From the NCBI GenBank assembly GCA_951406725.2, contig OX597821.1, forward strand, positions 69,316,001 to 69,380,000: DNA of 64,000 nucleotides. Reading direction: 5' to 3'. Every line of letters begins with the position of its first letter. The first letter of the stretch is position 1. Of the stretch, positions 54,045 to 64,000 are shown piece after piece. Source of the DNA: Octopus vulgaris (lineage: Eukaryota). Under the pieces are notes generated by a model, which was not told where the DNA came from, searched no databases, and worked only from the letters and a program-made list of their open reading frames with translations. Position numbers and translations under genes: made by a program.

Positions 54045-54865
54045 TAGGCCTTTCTATTATAGGTACAAGGCCTGAAATTTGAGGGAAGGGATTAAGTCGA
54101 TTACATTGAACCCAGTACTCAACTGGTACTTAATTTATCGATCCTGAAAGGATGAAAGGCACAGTTGACCTTGGCAGAATTTGAACTCAGATCGGAGTGA
54201 CAGACGAAATACTGCTAAGCATTTTGTCCAGCATGCTAACGATTCTGGCCAGCTCGCCGAAGACAGGCTTGCTGTCGAAATATTGTTCAACCAATAAAAC
54301 AGCTATTGCAATTGCATCGCCCTCTTCATTTTGTCTACTACTACTACTACTACTACTACTAATAATAATAATAATAATAATAACAATAATTGTTCCAAAT
54401 TTTGCCATAAGGGCAGCTATTTTTGGGGAGGGGATGTGTCGATCACATCAACCCCAGTACTCAACTGGTACTTAATTTATCAACCCCCAAAAGAATGAAA
54501 GGCAAAGTCAACCTTGGCAGAATTTGAACTTAGATTGGAGTGACGGGCGAAATACCACTAAGCATTTTGTCCAGTGCACTAATAATTCTGCAGCTCCCTG
54601 AAGACAGGCTTGCTGTCGAAATATCATTCAACCAATAAAATATCTATTGCAATCTCATTGCTTGCTTCGTCTTGTCTAATAATAATGATAATAATAATTT
54701 CAAATTATGACACAAGGCCAGCAATTTTGGAGAAGTGAGTGAGTGATTTCATTGATCCCAGTGTTCAACTAGTACTTACTTTATCAACCCCTAAAAGGAT
54801 GAAAGGCAAAGTTGACTGTGATGGCAGTTGAACTCAGAATGTGAAGATGGATGAAATGCCACTAA
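53785..54865 (-). mobile_element. Cluster of four same-orientation family M SINEs separated by (TAA)n
   Basis: Core ..ggatgaaaggcaaagt..gaatttgaac recurs at ~53875, 54150, 54495, 54797. Confidence 0.85.
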
Positions 54866-56807
54866 TGCCGAAATTAGACAGCCTTGTAGAGAAAAAAATA
54901 TAAATTACTGCTGCATACCTGTGTTTATAAGGAACAACAAATACTTAAGTTCAATATATTTTTGTGTGCTTGTTGTTGTGTTGGTGGTGGTTTCATTTGA
55001 TAGTACTCTGAAAGAATATATAGTAAATTAGTCTACTCTAATGGCAGTCTGTCCTTGAGCAGATCCTGTGCATGCGACTCTTCTCCTGCACTCTCTATAC
55101 GACCTGGGTGGGCCTGTACCCTCCCCTGCCACCATTAAATGGATTACCGGAACTTTGGCTACCATGACTAGACTTAGGGTGAATACTGGAGTGGCTTCCC
55201 GTTGCATTCTCCAGGCAAGTAGGATTTGAACTCAGAACGTAGAGAGCAGGAAGATATATCATAAAGCATTTCTCTTGACATGCCAACAATTCTGCCACTC
55301 TCCCTCCCACAAAACAATGACAAGTGTTATACACAAGAACACAACATGTTGCCCTGTCCGGGAATTGAACTCACGGTCTAATGATTGTGAATGCAACACC
55401 CCAACCACTAGGCCACATGCCTTCACAGTAAATTAGTCAATGGAAGAAGAAAAAAAAAAACCCAGTTCAGTTGTTGCTGTACTCATTTTACTGTACATAA
55501 CTGGTACCAGCTCTGTGCAATAGTAACTTGGTAGACTAGATAGTAATAGTAGTCATTGTTTACATTAGTTATATTTATGGCTACCCCATACACTATCAAG
55601 AATGCCACAACCTAAAAGGCCCCAAACTTATGTGTAACAATTCTAATTGTTAACCATTTGACAGATTTACTGCCAGACAAGAACTAGGGTTATTTATTTA
55701 CAAACAAAAGTAAATAAAAGAGTTGGCAGGTATCTAAATATTTAATTAGCTTCTTGGAATTTGTGTGTGTGTGTGTGTGTGTGTGATGGAATGCAGGGAA
55801 GTGTCCATGACCTTTGCAGAATCCTTTAGACTGGTCAAGAAGGATGTAGAGTAATGTTTCTCATTCATTTTTTACCTGTGAACCCCTTTTATCCTACTGG
55901 GATGGAACCTCCTCGCCATTCGATCTTAAAAAAGAAAACCATAATATATTTTTATCATTAGTATTAGTATTAGGAATTGTATAAAATATTTTGGATATTG
56001 TAGAAGTGTAACCAATTTATTGTAGATAGATTTTAACACAGAAAAAAAAATTCTTATATGGACTCTTAAGGGACGTTTGGACACTGGTTGAGAACCACTG
56101 ATGTAGATAATGTGCAGCCTCAATATTGGCAAATGACTGTCTCCACCAAAAATATGAGTAGGGGGTGAATTAGTGCTCTGGTCTGGATGCTTGCAAAAGA
56201 CTAGGTTCATTATAATCACCTCAGTATCAGGTGGTGGTGTCGGTGGAAGCTAAAGCATTGGCGGCAGTGGGGCAGGTACAGTGGCATAGGTATAAACACA
56301 GGTATGCTGCCAGGTATGGCCTTCAAGATTGCCCTGATCACTGTACAGGCTTATACAGCAGACTCAAAGAGCTGTTCCCATGCAAGTGCTGCTCTGGGCA
56401 GACTGCCCCTTGGCTCCCAACCTAGCTATTCTACTGTAGAAATTGGGATAGTTTCTGGTTTAATGGGCCAGTAGACTTGAGACTGGTGCAGCTAGAGTGT
56501 GCCACCCAAGGTAGTCCTTCAGTTGCTTTCCTCCTCCACCCATCCAACTCCAGCTTATACAGCAGATGTACAAGTTCCACCCCCATAAAAACATCACTTG
56601 GAGAAGACCTTTCCTTTGCCTCCCACTCCTCCCAGCTAAGCTACTGTAGTGGTAGTTCAAGCAGGCTGCATTCTGGGCCTTTGATCTTTATTATCTCTTG
56701 ATCTTGGTAAGATATATATATATTTTTTTCATTATTGAAACATTTAAAGAACTAGCTGGTCTATTCTATATAAATCCCTCCTCATTGTTCTGATGTTCCT
56801 TAATTAA

Positions 56808-57023
<216 letters not shown>

Positions 57024-57351
57024 TAATTCAGAATTGAATAGATTTATCAACACCATGCCCCTTGTAACCACCATCATATCATATTCCTTGTTGTGAAATG
57101 TCATTTGGATTTCTGAATTCACTCCATTTATTATCATATTTGATGGCATAAAAGACACACATGCATATTTGATGTGCTCAAATTTCAGCAGTGAAAATTC
57201 AGGATGAGATTTTTATGCATTAAAACTTATGAGAGGCCCAACTTCACATATAGGACACAGGGTGATTTTTTTGAGACATGTTTTGGTAAAATGTGCCGTT
57301 AGATACCATAAAACATTGTATATTCCTGACCGTAATATCTGGTAATTTCAT

Positions 57352-57752
57352 GCTCTTTTACTCTTTTACTTGTTTCAGTCATGTGACTGTGGCCATGCTG
57401 AAGCACTGCCTTTAGTCGAGCAAATCGACCCCAGGACTTATTCTTTGTAAGCCTAGTACCTATTCTATCGGTCTCTTTTGCCGAATCACTAACTAATGGG
57501 GACGTAAACACACCAGCATCAGTTGTCAAGTGATGTTGGGGGGACAAACACAGACACACATACATATATCATCATCATCATCCTTTAACGTCCGCTTTCC
57601 ATGCTAGCATGGGTTGGACAATTTGACTTAGGACTAGTGAACCAAATGGCTGCGCCAGTCTCCAATCTAATCTGGCAGAGTTTCTACAGCTGGATGCCGT
57701 TCCTAATGCCAACCACTCCGAGAGTGTAGTGGGTGCTTTTACATGCCACCTG

Positions 57753-57795
<43 letters not shown>

Positions 57796-57801
57796 TACCT
57801 G

Positions 57802-57843
<42 letters not shown>

Positions 57844-58155
57844 ACCTGTACATATATATATATATGCATTGTCAACAGTTTTTGTATTTTTCTGTCAAGA
57901 TTACATATTTCAGTAATTGGCCAGTTAATGATATTGAAACTGTAAGTCACGACTCTTATATATATATATATATATACATACATATATACGATGGGCTTCT
58001 TTCAGTTTCTGTCTACCAAATCCACTCACAAGGCTTTGGTCGGCCCGAGGCTATAGTAGAAGACACTTGCCCAAGGTGCCACGCAGTGGGACTGAACCCG
58101 GAACCATGTGGTTCGTAAGCAAGCTACTCACCACACAGCCACTCCTACGCCTATA
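57352..58155 (-). mobile_element. SINE family C split by a ~400-bp insertion in its internal microsatellite
   Basis: 57352-57569 plus ~57976-58155 align to 20324-20720. Confidence 0.85.
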
Positions 58156-60431
58156 AAAATGAACGTCCCTGGGTGCAGATATTTTCACTATGCTATAATA
58201 TTCTTAACAATATTGAATGTGAGGAGTGTCAACTGTTTCTATCTGTTAAGATATCTTCATTCTGCAGTATTTTTCTATGATGTGACTTATTAGGAATAGT
58301 AGCCAAATTCTCCTTTAATTATCCTGTAACGTTTTAGAAAAGAAGAAGCATTAACAGTGTATCCCTAGATGCAATAACTGTGAGAAGCTGAAGTGCAAGA
58401 TGATCGTGGTTGGAACATCTTTGACCATAGAGCTAATCAGTCAGAATGACCCTGGGAGAAATATCAAGTAATCACACCAAGACAACACGATCCTGAACAT
58501 TCTGTTTCTCTCACCAGAAACTTGCTCAAGTGCATGTGTGTGCACCAGAAACTTGCTCAAGTGCATGTGCACACACACACATAGTCTCTCTCTCTCTCTC
58601 TAAATAGCCAAACTGCCCTTAAATCACATGAACAACACTGTAAAGACTATGTTACCTGAAGGAAAATACCTCAGGGCAACATTCTACTTACTAAACACAC
58701 ATAAGCTAAGATCTCGCATATGTATATATAGGGAGTTTTTTTCACAAAGAAAGGGGTTATCCATGAAATTATTAGACAAGAACTTTTTTTAGGGCAGGGT
58801 GGTTAAACTCAGAAAACAGTAAGCAAGGGAAATAACTCGATTATGATCAATTGGTTGAGTTTTTGCAAGAAGGGAAAACATGGAAGTGAATTTGGTCTTT
58901 AGTCATCTCTGAAAGTGAACATATTTCAGACTTATTAAATCTCCTCAGTAAAACAGATTTTACTCACTTGGCAAGACCAAGAATTCACTATTGACCATGA
59001 CTCCACCCTTACTTACCATTTTCTGTATTTTTGTATTCACCTTCGTCCCCATCTCTAACCATCTGTCATGAAGGCTTGTGGCTTAGTGGTGTATATGTGG
59101 CTCAGGATCATAAGTTTGTTGTGAGTTTAAATCCCAGCAGCACATTGTCTCCTTGAGCAAAACACTTTATTTCATGTCCACTCAGCTATCAAAAATAAAT
59201 TGTACCTGTAATTCAAAGAGCCAGCCTTGTCAAATTCTGTGTCATGCTGAGTCCCTATGAGAACTATGTTAAGGATATATCAGTTGGGTGTTCAGCCTCT
59301 TGCACATTAATTTCACTAGTAGGCTGTTTGGTTGATCGTATCAACTGGAACCCTTGTTGTGACCAACGGAGTACCTGTTGTCATAACCACATATCACTCT
59401 CCTTTCACATTCTAGTGAATTCCTGATCCTCCGTCTCCATTCTCTTATATTCACCTTCTTGTACCTTAGGGCGTATGTCCTGACATCTCATCACCATAAA
59501 TTTTATCTTTCTTTGCAGTTGGAGTAGCTTGTGTCTCTTCAAGCAAGACACCTGTTTTGATCATTCTGTCATACTTTACCTCTCAGCACTGTGCACTCAG
59601 CAACCTCTCTCAATACTACTCCCTGCTCAGCTAAGAGGTTTGTCTGACAAGTTACTTGGTTACCTCTCTAGTGTTGGCACCATGGAAAAAGCTTCCAGTA
59701 CACTCTGTAGAGTGGTTTGGCATTGGGAAGAGTATCAAGCTATAGAAACCACACCAAAGCAGATGTTAGAGTTTGATACAATATTCTAGCTTGTCAGATT
59801 CTATAAAACCTTTCAGTCCATGCCAGCATTGAAGACAACACTGATTGCAGAAGTACACACTCTCTCTCACTCAAGACTGCAATAGGACATATTCGAGAGG
59901 TCATGATTTGGTATTGAGTTTCTGAGTTTTTCTTGTAAACTTTTATCAGTCACTTCTATTGCATAGGCCTGGATGTTTAGCACAGAATTGGTTAGAATCA
60001 GTCAATAATTACATCATCATTGTGGTCATCATTATTATTTTTACCATCACCACCACCACCTTATCACTATCACAAGCATTATCATTGCTGTTCACACTAC
60101 TTCTCTCGACCACTTCTATTGCTACTAATTTCCACCTCTGACCATCTGAACTAACAAGCTGCTTACCACCTCAGCTCAATCTCATTTGATGCACCTACCT
60201 CTCCTCTTCACATCCGCTCAACTACGTTTTCACCAACACAATTTTACATTGAACACTTTGAAAGCTACTAGGACTCTCTGGGAATCGTTCCCTGTCCACG
60301 TTTTTACTACAGGTACCAACACCTACAAATATTCAAAGTAACAATAAACCACATGAATCTTATCAGTCTGGAAGCACTTGCAAAGGTTACAGGCGCTCTC
60401 TCTCCTCCTTCTAAATAATAGATATATAAAT

Positions 60432-60977
60432 AAACAAGCGCACTCAGAGAGTGCAAACCTCTGCCAAAGCAACACCAACGTCCTCTCAATGTTTAGCCAG
60501 AGAGAATTTTTAAAATGAGAATCATCATCATCATCGTTTAACGTCCGTTTTCCGCGCTAGCATGGGTTGGACGGTTCGACCGGGGTCTGGGAAGCCAGTC
60601 GAACTGTCCAACCCGTGCTAGCGCGGAAAACGGACGTTAAACGATGATGATGATGATTCTCATTTTTAAAATTCTCTCTGGCTAATCAGAGAATATATGA
60701 AATAAACTCGACTGCTCTCACAAACAAGAATACTAAAAATGAACCCGACCACTCTCAAAAATTAAGTAAAAAAAAAAAACAGGAAAAATAATCCAGAATC
60801 CTTGTCTGGTGCTGGATCAATCTCAAAATCTAATCAGTTCATGCCAGTCACGAGGCCAAACATCCCCGAAAATTTCATCCGAACCAATCCAGCAAGTGTT
60901 GAGATATCTTGTCCATGGACAAACAAACAAATACAACTGAAAACAATACCTCCACCTTCGCTAGGGTGGAGGTGATA
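60432..60977 (-). mobile_element. HINE-like element containing a foldback insertion
   Basis: gcactc-aga-gagtgc stem-loop, acctccacc-ttcgctag-ggtggaggt palindrome. Homologous to 41420-41790. Confidence 0.7.
60493..60685. repeat. Inverted repeat: 88-bp arms, 17-nt loop
   Basis: 60493-60580 is the reverse complement of 60598-60685 with 3 differences. Confidence 0.97.
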
Positions 60978-61096
60978 AATAATCACTGTCCACTATGCCC
61001 ACCACTGTCATCACCATGCGCACCATTTATTACTGCCACCACCACTGTCATTCTTACTTCCAGTTTCAAATTTTTCTTGTTTCCTTCTGTTTTCAG

Positions 61097-61249
61097 CATT
61101 TGGTGTGTTGTTATGGGAGCTGGCTACCTATGGCATGTCCCCTTACCCTGGTGCTGATCTCACTGAAGTCTATCACTTACTGGAACGTGGTTACCGTATG
61201 GAACGGCCAGCAGGATGTCCACTTAATGTCCACTTGCTTATGCTGAAAT
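61097..61249 (+). CDS. Abl: Abl kinase exon: C-lobe ([51 protein letters not shown])
   Basis: ttttcag acceptor, T|gtaatt donor, 153 nt, in frame. Confidence 0.96.
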
Positions 61250-61463
61250 GTAATTATTAAGTCGCATTTCAGATTTTCTACCCACTTTTTTTTTTGTTTT
61301 TTATGTAGTGTGTGCATGTATTGTAATACATGTGTGTGTTTTGTGTGCGTGTGTGTGTGTGGAAAAGAGAGAGATATATGTAAGCAAGAGAGAGAGAGAA
61401 AGGGACTCAAATGTGAGCATGTTTGAGAAAAAAGGAGATAAATGTGAGCAAGAGAGAGATAAA

Positions 61464-61498
<35 letters not shown>

Positions 61499-61945
61499 CA
61501 AAGCAATGATAAACAGCAGGGGAAGGTTAACCTGCATATAGAAATTCTATGGATAGCTGACAATGTTTGGTTTCTCTTCTTTAAATTATTGAAGTTTATA
61601 TCTCGGTTTCATGAGGCTTTTTTGTAATTCGCAATACAGGTAGGTAATATCGAATTTAAACACTTCTTGACACATGTATTTAGGAACTTTTACAATTTAC
61701 AAGTGGTAGCTGAGCTTATAAATCATTGCCACCAATGTGATATCTTCTGAAAGCTCACAAAGGAGCTTCCCTATGTAATCATTTGACCTGCTGGAAATAA
61801 CAGCCAAGTCCTCTTTGTATCCATTGTTTAGTGTCTGATGAAAGACAGTTTATAAAACATAGTCCTAGATATGCTATTTGAAAAAAAAATATCTTTGCTT
61901 ATAGATTTTCTCCATGAAGGCTACCTAGGGTTAAACAATAACATT

Positions 61946-62182
61946 TATTTCTTTATTGCTCCGCAGGGGGCTAAACACAGAGGGGACAAACAAGGACAGA
62001 CAAAGGGGATAAGTCAATTACATCAACCCCGATGCGTAACTGGTACTGATTTAATCGACCCTGAAAGGATGAAAGGCAAAGTCAACCTCGGCAGAATTTG
62101 AACTCAGAATGTAGTGGCAAATGAAATGCTGCTAAGCATTTAGCATTTCACCTGGTATGCTAACGATCCTGCCAGCTTACCA
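61946..62182 (-). mobile_element. SINE family M with decayed 15-bp TSD
   Basis: ttaaacaataacatt (61931-61945) / ttaagcaacaacatt (62183-62197). Confidence 0.8.
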
Positions 62183-62798
62183 TTAAGCAACAACATTGCC
62201 TCCCTGCCAAGGAAGCATCTGTATGTGATGTTGTCTTCAAAGCAACTTGGACAGGGCCAACTTAGGTTAAGTTAGAGCGGAAGTGATTTGCAAAACAATG
62301 CCTAGCATTTTTATCATCACCCCCACCATACAGTATTATGAGTCAGTGAGGAGCTTTTATGCCATTGCTGGTGAATCAATGGCTCACAAATCTCATATAG
62401 CTCTTGAAGCTACCATGTGAAAACATCATCATCATCATCATTTAACATCCGTTTTCCATGCTAGTATGGGTTGGATGGTTCGACCGGGGTCTGGGAAGCC
62501 AGGAGGCTGCACCAGGCTCCATTCTGATCTGGCAGTGTTTCTACAGCTGGATGCCCTTCCTAATGCCAACCATTCCATGAGTGTAGTGGGTACTTTTTAC
62601 GTGCCACCGGCACAGGGGCCAGAGGAGGCTGGCAACGGCCACGATCAGTTGGTGCTTTTTATGTGCCACCAGCACAGAAGCCCTCAAAATAATATTTGAT
62701 ATTGGGTTTCAGTGCTATTTTCCCTTAGACTATATTCTTTAGAAATACAGGAATGGGAGAAATTGGAATACTTTATAGACCCTGCTTTTCTCACTCTC

Positions 62799-62842
<44 letters not shown>

Positions 62843-63306
62843 TATATACATACATATAAATAATAATATTATAATTTTTAAAAAATATGTTGTGACTTTT
62901 GAATTTAAGAAAAATTTATTTAGCTTTTCTAATCAAACAACATGGCTACCCCTGCTTCGTGCAGTCATTCAATCTAGTAAAAACAGGAGCCAAACCTCAT
63001 TCAAATCACACCCTACTGTCTTACAAGAAGAAAATTTAATGACACATTGGATAGTGTAGTATTTGACAATAAAGCTGAAAAAATAGTTGGGATGGTCATA
63101 GCTGGAATGCTTTTAAATCATAGATCTGTTCTTGAACTGAACAACTGGATTATTAATACAATGACCATTTCTCTTCATGTGCTATGCCTACATGGTTTTT
63201 TTGTTGGGGTGGGATACAGCAGTAGTTTCCTCATTGTCTTTTGCTGATTTATTTGCAGTTTAACTGCTCTTTCAAAGTAACAATTTAACACATAGACCCT
63301 AGTTAA

Positions 63307-63830
63307 CCCCTTGACGCTGGTATTACACGAAGCATGCAAGACACTGCTCTGGGTTTTTTTTTATCTAAAGAAGCCATGCAAACACACAAGTGCCAACGAG
63401 CTCACATCTATTTATGTTCACCTTTACAATAATATAGCGTTGTACATTTACGTCTACCGGTTTATGAAAATGAACTATGTGAAGCTATTTATCATAATAT
63501 GATATGCACGAGTTATTCTGCTCAAGTTAAAAAAATAGCTTGTGTGTGGGACAATCCAAAACACGTTATTATGCATTTAATGTATCTGCATGTCATTGGT
63601 CTACTGCTAGTCTTATGACTTGAATATAACCTAAAATAGGTAAGATAATGCACGGGACGGTGAGCGTGCACACTTTAAGAGATAAAGTACACGATAGCAA
63701 ATGTAAGCATATGCCAGCCGCTAAAAAGTCCGTAATAGATGTAGGGCAGCTCTACATCGTATATTTACGTTAACCGCTGGTAGGCAAACAAGAGTGTGAT
63801 CGCATATTTGCGTCAACCGTTGTCAAGGGG
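63307..63830. mobile_element. piggyBac-like MITE
   Basis: ttaa-ccccttgac ... gtcaagggg-ttaa. Subterminal repeated tattt(a/g)cgt(t/c)aaccg. CpG retained. Confidence 0.7.
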
Positions 63831-64000
63831 TTAACCTCTAGGCAGAGGGGCTGGTTCATGTTACTTCAGGGCATCCCCACACATTAACGAGCTTGCGTGA
63901 TAGATGTCTAGGAGTCAGCCCTCCTCCGGGATCTTGTTTCTATTAATCTCAGCATCATCTTCTACTATATAATCAATGATTAAAGTTACTTAACAGCTGT

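Overview
AT-rich, repeat-dense eukaryotic DNA. The repeat families and microsatellite load look like an octopus/coleoid cephalopod genome (inferred, not proven). The only host gene is a + strand Abl-family non-receptor tyrosine kinase. Six GT-AG exons (29748-29943, 37055-37131, 40600-40684, 48966-49143, 56834-57018, 61097-61249; 874 nt) splice into one stop-free frame covering the SH2 C-terminus, the linker and most of the kinase domain. No SH3/SH2 N-terminal or C-terminal exons were recognised, so the whole window is probably inside this gene. The introns are a mosaic of tRNA-headed SINEs, decayed LINEs (RTE, R4/Dong, Tx1/L1-like), MITEs (piggyBac-, hAT-, mariner/pogo-like), Helitron/Helentron-type elements, a 26-bp minisatellite and local duplications. 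Most ORF-track entries are spurious. I see no new multi-gene system. The best leads are: an 88-bp near-perfect foldback hairpin upstream of a kinase exon; modular SINEs whose alternative 3' tails match two different LINE clades present in the same window; a decayed 28S rRNA fragment inside a SINE; and an intron in the kinase P-loop. Repeat boundaries are approximate unless a TSD or TIR is quoted.
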